Assembly (NCBI RefSeq): GCF_040938485.1
Contig: NW_027271539.1
Span: forward strand, 186,001 to 250,000
Origin: Diadema antillarum
Lineage: Eukaryota
Direction: 5' to 3'
Length of the DNA stretch: 64,000 nucleotides
Position numbers and translations under genes: made by a program. This document shows positions 1 through 13,840 of the stretch, piece after piece. The notes under the pieces were generated by a model. The model saw only the letters and a program-made list of their open reading frames with translations. It searched no databases and had not been told where the DNA came from. Positions within the stretch are counted from its first letter, which is position 1. Each line of letters starts with the position of its first letter.

Positions 1-3000
1 AGAGGAATAATGATGTCAAAGCTATACGCACCGTTTNNNNNNNNNNNNNNNNNNNNNNNNNNNNNNNNNNNNNNNNNNNNNNNNNNNNNNNNNNNNNNNN
101 NNNNNNNNNNNNNNNNNNNNNNNNNNNNNNNNNNNNNNNNNNNNNNNNNNNNNNNNNNNNNNNNNNNNNNNNNNNNNNNNNNNNNNCACAATTTGCCAAC
201 TATGGAGAGTCTGATGTTGGTTGTGAGGACAGGAGAACATTATTCTGCTTTCCAATGATATCTAATTGTGTTGAAAAATGTCATGCATAAATGAGCACAC
301 TAAATTTAAATTAAACAATAACTAGTTGCACTTTTCATAAGTTTGACTGTTATTATGAAGAAATATTAAATGTGTCATTGAAATGGATGGGATCTGTCAA
401 TGAAAGTTGTAACATAAACAGGCCAGCCTACGCAACTGCAGATATGTGTTTAGGGTTTCCTGTAACATCTTATGGTTAATACCCTTTAACATGGACACCC
501 GTCGTATAACTTGGTCACTCGCACAAAGGCCAACCTACACACAATCCATTTTTCTCTGCTCATATTCAATATAATTATGACATAGCTCGCTGCGGACAGA
601 TCATGTCTCGAATATGATGAGAGAAAAATTGTATGGGTTGGCCTTTGTGGGGGTGACCAGGTTATTAGGACACTTGGCCAAGTAGAAGGTTATGGACCGT
701 AAAAGTTTAGAGGAAAGCCCCAAAACAGACCTACAGTTGTGCATGCTGGCCTCTATCTGAGTAATTGACCAATATTCATTGACAGATCTCTTCAGTTTCA
801 GTGAGACATTCAATGTTCGTTCAAGATTACACTCAAGCTCGGAAAAAGTGCAACTTGTCACTATTACTATGCTATCTGTTAACATGTTAAGTTATGTATG
901 GCATTTGTCAACATAATTAGGTACCAATTCAAAGAAGAGGAGTTCTCCTTCCTCGCAATAAACATTAAGCTCTCCATATAGTTGACAATGTCATGAAATA
1001 GGAGCCCTCTAAAGTTGGAATACTTTAAAAAGAACACGTACTGTATGATATACGTATAAACGAAATAATATGAATGATACATAATCTGAGAAATCAAGAT
1101 ACATAAAATCTACATCTTTATTCAGCAGTACGTAGAAACATTTATATGTCATCTTGATAGTATTCTAATATTCAACACATACGACCTCTTGCTGGGACAT
1201 TCATTACGCGATCGCTCGGAAGACACTATGTAATTATATTGCACGATCTGCACATTACTTGTAAGAATGGACGTGAACAGAAACATAATCCCACCTCGTT
1301 ATCTGGCAAGTCCGTCATTCAGAAACAGCTGCAAACCCGCAGGTAATTGCAGCTTCTCCTTTTTCCACTTCAGAATCTCTTTCTCAAAACTCGCTCGATA
1401 ATCACTTTCTCCCATTGGCGTTAAAAAAGGTGAAATGTCGGTTGCCATTTGCGTTCCCAGCGTGCATCGGTTTCTGGTCACGCACTGGATGCGTTTGAGG
1501 ATATCATCGCATATCCAGATCAGAGCCCATTTAGACTTAACCGATAAGCAAATTCGGACTGCACACAAAGTGGGCAGTATACCTTAACAATAATATCATA
1601 ATTCCCTTCAATGAGGTATTTACTTCTCTTCTATCGGATATAAAAAAAAATGAATCCAACCAGTCTCTAAATTTCTTGAAGACAATACATAATGAAAATT
1701 ATGAACTTCGTTTATTTCATTATTATTTTGATTGCTATACGTTGAGCGTTTGTTCATTTGTGACGTAGTGAGGTGCAAACATTCATGAAACAGGATGTCT
1801 GTGACGTACAGCAGTACCTAAAGTGAACTTAAAAATGAAACCTTGCCAATTAAAAGTAACATCACATATATTTTTTTTCAATCCTCTTAATGTCTTTTTT
1901 AGGTTGGTCATATTAATGTATTAAGTTACTTATACGAAATTGAATTCAGATGCAAAACATTAATCCTACTATTACAGATGAAACAAATGAATATTAATAT
2001 TGGACATTTTTACATCAGGAAAATGATTTATCGTCTATAATTTCTAATTTGCAAATACTGTATGGAAACAGGCAACAAGCCCTCAGCTATCCCAAGAACA
2101 TTGCACAGTGTTACAAATTTTATTAATCTGTAAAACATTTTATAGAAATGGGACATTTACGTGTGCGCACGCAAACACATGCATAGACAAAATTCTCCGG
2201 GAAGTTCAACAAAGCGTGAGATATTGCTGGGATATATCAAATTTGCCAGTAATACATCACACTACGACTAACAAAGACTACATTTTGACATCATTGGTAC
2301 GAGCAATAAGACAAATCGCCTTGCGTCGAGGCTATATACATGTCAGTCAGGAAGAACACAAAAGTATGGACGGAAGACGGACACACGACAAGCCTAGGTA
2401 AATAACTCACCAATCGCCGACACCCAAGCGAAAGAAAAAAAAAAGGTCATCATTGGGTGTCAAAATGGCTGTGACGGTCAATTTACGTGAGCAATTTCCG
2501 TTTTAACGTTTGACGAAACGAAGCTAACACCTCGCATTCTTTAAACGTTCGCTCCGCCAAGGACATCGACTCTGTGTTGCATTTCACCGATGATATCTTG
2601 TGGAGGAGGTTCGTACTTTCAGCAGTTCCACTTAGACAAAAAAAGCACTTTCTCTCTAGTTTAGCATCAGGAGACAGATATTTTACCCTACCCCTTCACA
2701 ACCAAAGTACCGTCTGACTGCGGTTAGAAATACGATGGTATTACTCATTGACCTTAAAATCTATCTATCTATACCAATCTGTCTATCTAATTACACGTGC
2801 GTGTATTAACACTTATATACATAGAGAGACATGTGAATATACATGTAACTGTAAGCTTATGAATTTAAAAATCCAAAAACAGGCAATGACTTCTTGGAAC
2901 ATGTCATAACATTCAATTCAATTAAAGACAAATACTCAAAATATTGTTTTTTGTTTCTTTCATACTCATCTTATAAAGGTTGTGAATGCCATACCCCGAG

Positions 3001-3244
3001 TAAAAAGAATTCGTAATCTAATATTTGGTCGATTGCTGTACAAAATTCACATGTCTATGAGTCGATTACGTTACAGGTCACTACCTGGACGCCTACATCT
3101 CAGGCTGACAACATAACGGTATATATAGTGGTACAACTTGTATCACATGTCTATCTAGATGTTCAACAGGTCGCAGCTGTGAAAAAGTTGATAGTGTTGA
3201 TGTTTGTGTTATTTCTCCTGAAGTTGGCTTTCTCTTTGCTGGAA

Positions 3245-3276
<32 letters not shown>

Positions 3277-4255
3277 CAGTCGATGAAAATATATTCTCTG
3301 ACGCACATCTTCATGCCCTGACTGGAGATAACTATAACGATTTCTGAGAGAGTCACTGGTCGACAGTGATTAAATGCTGTGGCACCAATGCTCAGAGCAT
3401 CATCAACGTGAATAACAACAACTCTTGACGGATGATGAATCGCGTTGCTTAATTTGTAGAAACGTCGTGCATTGGACAAAAGATGTGAAAGAGCAGAAAA
3501 TTTCCTACAGAAACAGACAAAACGTACAGGCCATCTGCATATATCCCGACCGCTTTCATTCTTATAACAAAAGTCTCCATATTGGTACCGGTGCATCGTA
3601 AAACTTGAGTTGAAACAAAGGTGAGTCAACTCTTGTGGACATATACACAATCATGATACACGGCTGATGCAATCAATTCTGTTAAAAACTATACATACAA
3701 TCTTTTACAGACTATCATGATCGTGTACCAAGATTACACAGATTTGTGTCAAAGAAACAGACCGAAATAACATTGAGCCCTATGTTATGTTGGCTTCGTC
3801 AACATTATCTGGGATAGTACTATTGGTGAATTTTATAAGAGCCGCATATTTTGTAACGCTACCTTTTATGGCGTTTGTCTTGCTTTAATAGATAAATGAG
3901 CTGTGATAGGGTAAAATCTTTAAAAGAGCAAATAATACATTACATTCGATCAATGACCGTTTATCACGAGCCGTGTACTTTGTGCACATGATGATGATAA
4001 TTGGTGACAAAATGTTTAAAACTATGTATTAAACTTAAGAGAACTACAAGAACAGGGCGGTCATATCTCTTGGCGATTTTGTAGTTGTCGATTACTCTCC
4101 TTTTAGCTGTAATTAACATAATGGTTGGGGGAGGGCAAAGTTAGAGATGAAGGTTTTTACCAAATTTTGGTTCGTGTGCATAATCTTGTTTATGCATGGT
4201 CTTTCAATTTCGCTGTTACGCTGGGGTACATGAAAAATTGCTACATGCCATCGTG

Positions 4256-5443
4256 CTACGATTGTTTTTCGGTATGATTCACACACGCATCACGAACCCA
4301 ATCCGCTGTTCGCTGCTTCCGCTGGTCTTTGTCTGTCCTGGTCACTACACCATGCGCCTCCAGCTTGTCTCTCAGCTCGTCCATACACGTCCTGTTGTTA
4401 TTGCTGTCGTTGCTCCCATTCTCGCCAGCTTGTTCTTTCAAGTTTGAGTCCTGGTTCTGGCCGAGCGAGGACCTCTTTGCCGCTGCCGCTCCGGTGCCAG
4501 CCCGGCTAGGAGGCGAAGAGTCTGTAGGACGCTTCAGCCAAGGATCAGCAACGTACTTGTGGATTTGAGACACTGATCCCCTGCGTTCGGCTTTCGGTTC
4601 TAAGAGCTTCCGGCAAAGTTTTAGAAGTTTGGGTGTGAAGTTGCGCCAGGCAGGAGGAGCAATGGTTATCTTTCGTTTCTGCCATCGCACAAATTCCTCA
4701 AAGCACGAACTTCTAGTCTGGTCGGCTTGTTCCCATGGAAACATCCCCGTGAGTACGCAAAACAGCATCACTCCAAAGTGCCATGAATCTTGGCTGGGTT
4801 CTACAGCAAAACTCTCATTCTCTAATGCCTGACAGACTTCGGGTGGTGAATAGGGAATCGATCTTGCATTCTTACGAACCAACGACCCGCGTCGGCGCGT
4901 GCGACCAAAATCGGAAAGCTTCGCGACAGTGAGATCTTTGTCAAAGAGGAGGACGTTCTCGGGCTTAACGTCCCCGTGTACAAGGCGCTTGGAATGTAGA
5001 AACGATAGAGCGGCTGCAACCTGGGCAAGGCAGGACTTGGCCCTGATTTCATCTAGTCCTTTCTGAGGTGGAATTGCCTCCAAGAGATCTCCGTATGGCG
5101 CGTATTCCTGCAGCATCATGTATGCGTCAGTAGATTCAAAGGTATCCGGAAGTGTCGCGACAATTGCTGCGTGAACAGACAACTCGCAGCTTAGCGTGGT
5201 CTCGCGATTGAATTCCTTGAATTTAATCGAGTCTTTCTTGACTTGTTTCAACGCGTAGCGAACCCCTGTACGCTTATCCACGATCAATTCTATCTTGCCG
5301 TAATTGCCTTCTTTAAGCACCCCTATGGGTGTGTAACGCTGGGTTCCCGGAAACGGGGACACTGCTGTTGAAGAGTCTTGACCCCCTGACCCTCCTGTGC
5401 TTTCACTTAACTTCCGCTGTGCCATCGTGTCCATGAGCGACAT
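4256..5443 (-). CDS. SBK1: SBK1-like (SH3-domain-binding kinase / meng-po family) Ser/Thr protein kinase, single coding exon, 395 aa from first ATG
   Basis: Complete kinase domain: EGNYGKI, ALK, QEYAPYGDLLEAIPPQKGL, LVHGDVKPENVLLFD, KLSDFG, IPYSPPEVCQ, FGVMLFCVLTGMFPWE, FEEFVRWQ. These closely follow vertebrate SBK1 as I recall it (QEYAPAGDLFDIIPPQVGL, LVHRDIKPENVLLFD, IPYTAPEVCQ, FCVLTGNFPWE, FEEFVRWQ). Splice acceptor tttccag|G at 5476/5475; first in-frame ATG 5443; stop TAG 4258-4256. Confidence 0.93.
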   Translation of the reverse strand: MSLMDTMAQRKLSESTGGSGGQDSSTAVSPFPGTQRYTPIGVLKEGNYGKIELIVDKRTGVRYALKQVKKDSIKFKEFNRETTLSCELSVHAAIVATLPDTFESTDAYMMLQEYAPYGDLLEAIPPQKGLDEIRAKSCLAQVAAALSFLHSKRLVHGDVKPENVLLFDKDLTVAKLSDFGRTRRRGSLVRKNARSIPYSPPEVCQALENESFAVEPSQDSWHFGVMLFCVLTGMFPWEQADQTRSSCFEEFVRWQKRKITIAPPAWRNFTPKLLKLCRKLLEPKAERRGSVSQIHKYVADPWLKRPTDSSPPSRAGTGAAAAKRSSLGQNQDSNLKEQAGENGSNDSNNNRTCMDELRDKLEAHGVVTRTDKDQRKQRTADWVRDACVNHTEKQS

Positions 5444-6859
5444 CTGCACCAAGAGTGGGTACGAAACCACTTCACCTGGAAATCATAGAAGTAGAACAGA
5501 CTTCCCACTTGCCACTGGCTCTCGAGGGTATCGCTTTTAAACCATGTCTCTATGTAGCACGATCACTATCCATGCGTACTACATACACTCTTTGTCATTA
5601 TCAAAATTTCCCTGGCTGCTGTTTGTCTTTATCCTCCAGTGATTTCGGCAGAAGCTCCAGACGTTTCATTGGAATATCTTTAGACTGATAACATTAGCTT
5701 CAGTTTAGAATCAACAAAATATGTGGCAGGCTTTTCAGCATTACTATCATCCCGCGCAACAAACACACCATCATAGCGCTCTCTTGGTATATCAACACTC
5801 TTATTGAGAAATTTTCTGAAGAGCTAGTGACTACACAATGCCATTAAAAGTCAGCAGAGTCGGGAGAATGCACGCGTTACTTACTTAAATTCCGATTTGC
5901 AGCTGTAGCATTTTAGAAGCCCCGTTGAAATCAAAACACTGATGTGATACTATTTGTTGGCTCTTTGAGACATTTAACGCTCCGCAAGCAGTCGATGAAA
6001 GGTGCAAACATCTATAAACGCTTTGATGATATTTTCCTTTTGATCATGCAGTTGAATATCCTTAGCCTTAAGTTGGGGTTATTCCATTTATACAGCACAG
6101 TGCCACAATACACGGAAGGAAAACATAATTCATGAACGATCCATTTATCAAATGGGAACAACTCGGAGAGGTGGTCGAGACGCACGAGAAACAAATCTTT
6201 CGTGCATCGCAGTGTCACCCTCGACGGTATGAGGAATGAATGCCGTGTGTCCGCTTGTTCGATTCTTACCTCGACTCCTGCGTCTTAAAATAGCCGAGAT
6301 CCATTAAAAGTTAATCATCCTTTAACTACCCATTTCATTCCATCGCGTCAAAATCTCTCGTCCTGTCTCTCTTCGTGTCTCTCCTTTCACACCAGGCGTT
6401 AAGTTATTTGCTTTCCAAATAGGATCCCTCTGCTAGATCTCTCTCCTCAACACAGTTGCCTAAATGGCACCATACACCGGTATCTACCGCATTTGGAGCT
6501 TATTGCCTTGGGGTATCACATGACAGTATACGAGGCTGTCAGATCACCCAAGAGTTTTGAAGTTCGTCCTGAAAGCTGACCGTTTAAATTCCACCACTTC
6601 CATCCGTTAACAGCAGCAATTCGTCAGAAAAAAAAAAGTGATTATGGAAAATGTCTCATGAAGTTGACTCCTCTTGAATAAGTCCAGCAAAGTCTTTTCA
6701 AGAAATCAAGACGAGAAACATTTGAGCTTTTCCGGTGACATGGCAATAACATTATCAGTCACCTTAAGATAGATCACATTCTGTAAAAGTCGCCTCGTGT
6801 AAGTGCAGCTCAGTGGTAGACAGCGAAGGAAGGCAGTTTCTCACTGCGAGTAAAACGTC

Positions 6860-7080
6860 GCCAAGTGTCGGCCAATTTCTACCGCATGCGTGAGCGCTCT
6901 GCCGGATGAGACACTGGCTAGAGCATCCTCCAGGGCGCCGCATGGCTGGCGATTCACGCTTCCTTTTTGCCGCATGTTTCAACTGTTCGATTTGTTTTCC
7001 TCCTTTCCTGCAGAGTACGTATATGAGGATTTGGGGCATACCCCCGCGCGCACGCACGCAAGATGCGTCACGCATACTAA
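6860..7080 (-). promoter_or_regulatory. CpG-rich putative promoter of the SBK1-like gene
   Basis: CpG-dense patch 1.4-1.6 kb upstream of the kinase exon, with CCAAT 6872-6876, NRF1-like CGCATGCG 6883-6890 and ATGCGTCACGCAT 7063-7075. A candidate 5'UTR-exon donor |GTAAGT lies at 5884. Confidence 0.4.
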
Positions 7081-10000
7081 TGTAGTCGACAGCAAGAGCT
7101 ATACATGGTAGCGGAAGCTGTGTCGATTAGATGTAACCGTCGGGAAGAAGAAGAAGAAGAAGAAGGATGATACGAAAAGATGAAGGAGAAAATGGAGAAG
7201 AAGAGGGTGGAGAAAACCTCAAAAATGAAGTGAAAGAAAAACAGAAAATTCGATATTACGATTTACAAACGAATGTATATATGAGCTCACAACAATTGCT
7301 TCTGTGTCTCGTTTACGCACTCCCCAGTATTGACAGCATCAAGGAATGTAGAACGAGCTGTTTCTCCTACGAGGGTATGGAGACATGTTAACGCAACAAA
7401 GTGTGTTCATTGATTGAAAAATGCACATTTGTTTGTGTACATATAGATGTATATATAATCTAGATTATACTATGAATACATCAGTATTTATGAATCGAAG
7501 AGAACACGTCGATGTGCATGCATAAATACATACCTTTGTGACAAGTTTTGCCATTTTAACCTATTGAAAGAAAGTGTATTCCCAACAATTTGAATCAAGA
7601 TAGGACAATAGTCCCTCTTTTTTTTTTCTGGTCACATTATTGTGACTTTAACATTATCAAGCGTTGGTGTAACATGCACACATGCACACATTCTTGCGTA
7701 TCATGCCAGCCGTGCAAAGTAATACATCAGTGCGCATTTAATCACTTTAATATCCATAAAAAGATTGCTGTGCACAGTCATGTGCGAACAAAATCATTCT
7801 CCATTTAATGTTCCCGACACCGAGGCTTCCGCGGTTGAAATCACTCGCTGTTATTCCCTCATATATCACATCGATCAAGTTGTTCCACTCCAGTCATCAG
7901 AGGGAGAATGACTTAAAACGCCCATCCATCATTATGGACTCTCTCGCACCTGATTAACTTGTCCCTCTCAACCCCTCACTCCACCCCACCCCATCCCCAT
8001 CCTCTCCTCAATTCCCCCTGTTTATAACCATCTCCTTGGTGGTTAACCAGGATCTAGACAATGATTATGTTTCACAAGGAAGAGGGGAAATGCGAAATTA
8101 TATGGAGCTCAACAGAGTGGAGGAAAGATATAAATAAAGAAAAAGAAATGTGAGGAGTGTATATAGAATGTTAGAGGAGGGACAATGATACAAAGAAGTA
8201 GGTGTGAAAATGATAAGGCGGACAGAAACAGAAGAACTTAACGAGAACAGTACTTCTGAATCTCGGGGTGGGGCTGGTAGAGGGAGATGAATAAAGAAGA
8301 GAGATGCGCAAGTAGTTAAATACGTAAGTGAATTAGATTCGATTCAAGACAACACAAGGACTAAATGCTTCGCAGCCGGTTTGATGTCTGAGAAGGCATA
8401 CGTAGTCGCTTTGTACGTCAAATATAACTTTCCACGAAAATCACATCCAATAAGAAAAGATAAAAAGATGAGGAAGAGTGAATGTTTATAAAGCAGAAAC
8501 AAAAAGGAGTACATGTCACTGTTTTATATAACATAGAGAAAGAGACGGAATCATGAAGTCACAAATAGAAACATTGCTTGCTAGTCTGATGAGTAAGAGA
8601 ATCAGGAAATGAACCATACACTCGTCTTTGTTTACAATTATTCAGACACAGACATCAGGTGGAGTGCGGGTGTAAGGATCTTACAGCCGGATTTATTCCT
8701 TCGCTTGACGTCAATGTCGTGATGTGATACATGGATAAAGTCGGAATGAGCTGTAGGCAAATCCATTATTCAAAATAGTGGTATGATTTACTGATCGTCA
8801 TCAGCACGACACAAAAGCGCGCACTCCACTATGATAACAAGAGATTCTCCACAACACACCTCAAACACGTAATGTAGCCAAACTCATCCAAATTGAATTA
8901 CAATGTACCAACAACGCATGAATATGATATCATGGACAGAGCAATGATAACCAAATTACCTGAAGAGGTATATCAAACAGCGCAAGATCAGTATAGCAGA
9001 GAGAGGTATAGAGTATAGAAAATCAAATACGCTCGAGGGACAATCCTCAAAGAGTTTAATTGTATTTCGAGAGTCTCTCTCTCTCGCTCTCTTCCTCTCT
9101 CTTACATAACAAAACGAAAGTTAATGAGATATGATAGCAACCTTTCGAATGCCACGATATCTTTCTCTCTCTCACATTCTTTCTGTAATCATTGATTTTA
9201 TTCACCAACGTGTCGCAGGGATGTTTATTTCAAGTCGTTATGGGTGCATAATTCATCTCCCTTTCATTGTCTCTCAAACTGTCTGACATTCAAAATAATG
9301 TAAGCAATAATGTTCTCTACAAGACAGCCAAACCATATCAAACGATCTCTCTTCAAAGTTGTGTCTGTTAAAGCTGTCGCATTTTCAGGAAAGTCTTTTT
9401 TATTTAAAATTTTCTCCTACGTTTATAAAAGTTGAAATACTCGTTTCCTCAAGGATAAACAAATCGTCATACGCAGAGATGAGTCGTTCTGTCTTTATGT
9501 CTTTTATTTCCGGTGGCTGAAACGTTAAGCTAATAATCAACGTGCTTCGGTCAGGCATAATCAAGTAGCATTCGCATTATTCGTTGAAAGGGCAATTATT
9601 TGGTAGTGAAAATGTACGAATAATAGGAATGTGAAAACAGGGGAGTTTGACTACTGGCGACAAAGTGATATCTTTTTAGGGAGAGCCTTTCCTCTTAAAA
9701 CTTGGTCTCGTAAGCTATAAACCCTATATCGATTCCTACTGAGAAACAAACAAACAAGCCTGCTTTATCGAAATCAATTTACCCAACTCATTGATCAGTA
9801 CGCATCATGTGCAGAAGAAAACAACGTGGATTGCCTCCCCCCCCCCTTCTCTTCTCTTCGCGGAGTTCCTATTGCATGTATTGCACACGGTCTCGCGCGT
9901 TTTCCTTCGTTCTTTCATGCAAGCGGAAGAAATTACCTGATTACTCTCGCCGGAGCGATGTCTAAAATCCTTCCTTATTTACTGCTTCCCCGATTTGATT

Positions 10001-10239
10001 TGTTGCCCCAGTCATGCCAGCATTTGTTTTCTTTCATTTTGTTTCTGTAAAACTTTTGGTTTCTTTTCTCTCTTACACAAGCACCCCATGGTTTGTAGGT
10101 ATTCCTTCTCCTTGTCACATCAAACATCCTGTTCCAGGTAAATTTGTCGCGATCACGTTATTGTTTGTGACACGTGATTGGGCAGCTGCTTATTGCCACC
10201 GATGCGCATTATGAGCAGAAATGAGAGAAGGAGTTAAAA

Positions 10240-11038
10240 AAGAAGAAGAAGGAGAAGAAGAAGAAGAAGAAGAAGAAGAAGAGAAGGATAGCAGAGAAGA
10301 GAGAGATAGAGAAATTCAAAAATGGGAAATGAAGAAATGGATACAAACATGAAAGAACGAGTTCAAAAGAAGAGAGAAAAAATAGATTTTGTGTTTTCAG
10401 CTGATATCGATGGTTGATTTATTGTATTCATCAACCTTTGAGGGTTTCTTAAGGAAAACAATGGACTAACTTGAAATCACAAAGTGGTTTTGATGAATTT
10501 TATTCGTGCTGAGTGGTGTACATAAGATGTCTATGTTTGTTTATAAAGACGGGTGTAATTTTGGGGTGTTTGTGTGTGTGGGTGTTCATAGTTTGAAAGC
10601 GTTTGTGCTTGGAGGAAGTGTGGGATTTGACAGTGTTAGTGGTTATGGTTTGGCGGCGTCTGGCGTTACGTGCATTGTGTGTGCGTGTGCGTGTGTATGT
10701 ATTTGTGCATATGTATTGACAATGTTGAATACAAGACTGAATCAACTTTGACAATATTATGCCGGTATGTGTATGAGACAGTTAAAATTTGTGTGTATAC
10801 AAGTATTGATAAGCAGTTGTGTAATTTTGCGCTGTTAATAATTATGCTTATTATCAATGTGATGTGGCAATGTGTCTGTTCAACGCATGTGGTTTGGAGA
10901 AGTTTGTGTACACGGCTATATACCAGTGGTTGGATTGAATAATGTTTGCGTATGTCAAGTATGTGGTGTCTTTGGTTAATCAGTATTGTTTTGTCTGAAA
11001 AAATTGTGAATACGCCATATTTGTGTGTGTGTGTGTGT

Positions 11039-11075
<37 letters not shown>
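10240..11075. repeat. Low-complexity block: (GAA)n, long degenerate TG-rich tract and (GT)n
   Basis: (GAA)n about 10240-10282, T/G-skewed 10550-10960, (GT)n about 11022-11075. Confidence 0.8.
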
Positions 11076-13809
11076 ACAGTGTTTCTGTGCTCTGTAAAGG
11101 TCCAGTAGGATGACAATTTTATTTGGTCTATATGGTCCGACACATGGTTCGATCAAAATAACTTAATGATTGAAAAAAATAAATACGACTACAATAAAAT
11201 ATTTGAAACACGAACTGTGAACACGGCAATCCATGGTGGATTAAATCTGTGAAGATCAGACACCTATAGTATAGATGACATCTCTTAAACAATAATCAAA
11301 ACGTGTCATTTTTTTTTTTACCATCTTTTAAAGTTCTTTGAAGAATGCACGTTATCATTATCGATGTAAATCAGACACAATTCAGCCGTTCGGCTGCGAA
11401 GTTTGATCAATAAACCATTCCATACATACATACATACATACATACAATTCAACAGAATACGACTACAATGAACTATATTCTACAAGGTATAGTGGATTAT
11501 GCTTTTTCTTCTGCGTGTTGAGTGAATTATGTTCTACTAATGCATAATATTACATAGTATATTAAACATAATTATTATGTACAATAATGCATTATAATTA
11601 TTATAATGTACTTTAATTGTACTCGTTTGTGCATGGCATCACTGTCACAAATAGGTATGTTAACTGCCTTGTATCCTTTCCAGGCACCATACCCCTATTT
11701 CTTTCATGTCAGTGTGATGTGGTAGGTTGATCGTAGCCGAGACTGACTTTAGTTTGGGGATCGTCATGGTCGATGCCTTGCCTCCACGGGCTACTGCTAC
11801 CTCAGTCTCACACACAGCGTGCAGCGTTTCAATCAGCCTTAATTGATATGCAACCAGCGTCTCCTCGTCCCAGCTTGAGTCGATTTTTTTTTGGGCTTGT
11901 TTGTAGGTATATCTATATACTGAGAGAAAGGGGAGGGGGGAGGGAGATAGGGAGAAAGGGAGGGAGGGAGGAGACAAATGCTTATCAACTGATGAACATA
12001 TTATTTCTTTCCCCAGATGAATGTCTTCCTTGTTGTTCTGAGCATTGCACCCTCATCATATTCCTAGAATGCTTCAATCTCATTATCGCTCTACACCAGG
12101 AAAATCATGTTTCAATGATGCTATCATAGTAAATGTTAATTTGATTATCTTGGTCTCTAATACCTATCGTCATTTTCTGTTACAGCCGTCCTCCGTTTCT
12201 ATTTCTACACGTACGATCACTACCGAGACCTACGACTATAAACAGACTAGTTTTTGAGTAGGTTCCTTTATAGTCCTCTTGCATTTTCATTTAGATGTAG
12301 ATTTGGCGGGATTGGTCATGGTTAGTAAGATTGGTTTGGATTATGCTGTATGCTTATTGTATTTCAATTTACATCCATGTATATTTTTCATAGAGAAACT
12401 ATGAAACTATTGAAACTGAAATATGCGCTCGTGTCCATTTTCACATTACAACAGATTCACTGGAAAGCAACAAACTTAAATAACAAACAACCCCACCCCG
12501 TGATGTCCTGAAATAAAACAGACAAAGTAAGGAAAATTTAGGAACACATTTATCGATACTCTGTAGGGTCTACTCGTCTTCAAAGAAATTTCAAGTCCAT
12601 CGGCATTGAGGGCGCAAGTAATATTCTAGACCTACGTAGTCACTGGATAGTTAGTGTCGTTGACATGTGGCAACACATCCTGGTGTGTTGCAAGATAAAA
12701 TAGATGACACATGTATATATATAACATATAGAACTGAAATTGCATAAAGCTATACACACATTATACTCACATTTGTGTGTGTATTGTAACAGCTATGTTG
12801 TATGGTATAGGTATAAGGCATACACAGACATGATGTTCGTGTATTACACCAATCTACAAGACAACCATACGGTCAGATATAGCAAGGAGGTTTTATACAT
12901 GGAGTTCCAACTGGCTGTAATTATTCAAGCAGTTGTCAGATTTCTGTTGATGTACAAAAGAATTCCACAGGTGCACTTGTGCCTTTGATGATCGATGTTC
13001 GAGGCCGCCGTCTTGCTGAGCAATCTGAAGATTCATTTTGAACGTTATCATAATGTTGGCCATATTTTGCTTATTTATCTATTAAATGATATAAAATTTC
13101 ACTTAATGATAAAGCATGTAAAACAAAAGTCAATGCCGTCCAGAAATTTGTGCAAAAGTGTATATCAAAGCTGTATCATGTGAAAATGTTTAAAACTGTA
13201 CTATCCTGGAAAGCTGGTTTTATCACTTTTCCGCTTAATTTCCACAAATGAAACTAATATGAAATAATCTTCAAGTATAATTCTTTATTGATAGGTATAT
13301 CAGATTAGTGCCCGGGTATGCCTATAGTCCAGTAATTTTCATCTTTATTTCAGCATTTTTTGCTCAATTTCTATTCGCGCATCCTCGTGTCTGTACCACC
13401 TACCTTTTATAAGGAGGATAGCGAAAAGTAATTACCATCACAAAGACATATCTTCTTATGAAAGTGGCTGGTCATGATGCAATGAGACACGAGTCAATTG
13501 TCTTCGTATCTGCGCGGCAGATCCTGTTTGGCACATGCTTCAAATATTTTTGAGCGGCGGCTTTGAACATGGTTTCAAAGGAAATAATACAGTCGTGACT
13601 CCATTCTCTTGAACCTCCTTGGATATAGCAGGAGTGATAATTATAATTTCGCTGCTTTGACATAATCTCAAAGGAAACATTTTGATACACATGGCATAAA
13701 CTTCTAATTTTCCTCGTTTCATAAGCAAAATAACCAGCCTTTCAGTGAATAGAATGTGAGAGGTTTTGATCCTGTCGTCACATGTCCCATTCGAATGCGA
13801 AGTCAAAAG

Positions 13810-13840
<31 letters not shown>

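Noticed and set aside
487-880. TTAA-CATG...CATG-TTAA as piggyBac-like ends
   Set aside because: Inverted similarity extends only 4 bp inside the TTAA.
1299-1568. 89-aa minus-strand ORF in a CpG-rich patch
   Set aside because: Non-ATG start and no known motif; more likely 3'UTR, regulatory or repeat DNA downstream of the kinase.
6801-6830. tRNA A-box-like GCAGCTCAGTGGTAGA
   Set aside because: No B-box/T-loop (GTTCRA) at the proper distance and no cloverleaf.
11660-12129. ORFs of 105-118 aa and acceptor-like sites at about 11683 and 12016
   Set aside because: They span purine-rich low-complexity DNA, show no homology I recognise and give no coherent exon chain.
12880-13640. Two plus-strand open stretches with Cys/Gly-rich, protein-like translations (QGGFIHGVPTGCNYSSSC..., CNETRVNCLRICAADPVW...)
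   Set aside because: No recognisable domain and no consistent splice-site pair; lengths of about 45-55 codons are expected by chance. A tBLASTn search would settle it.
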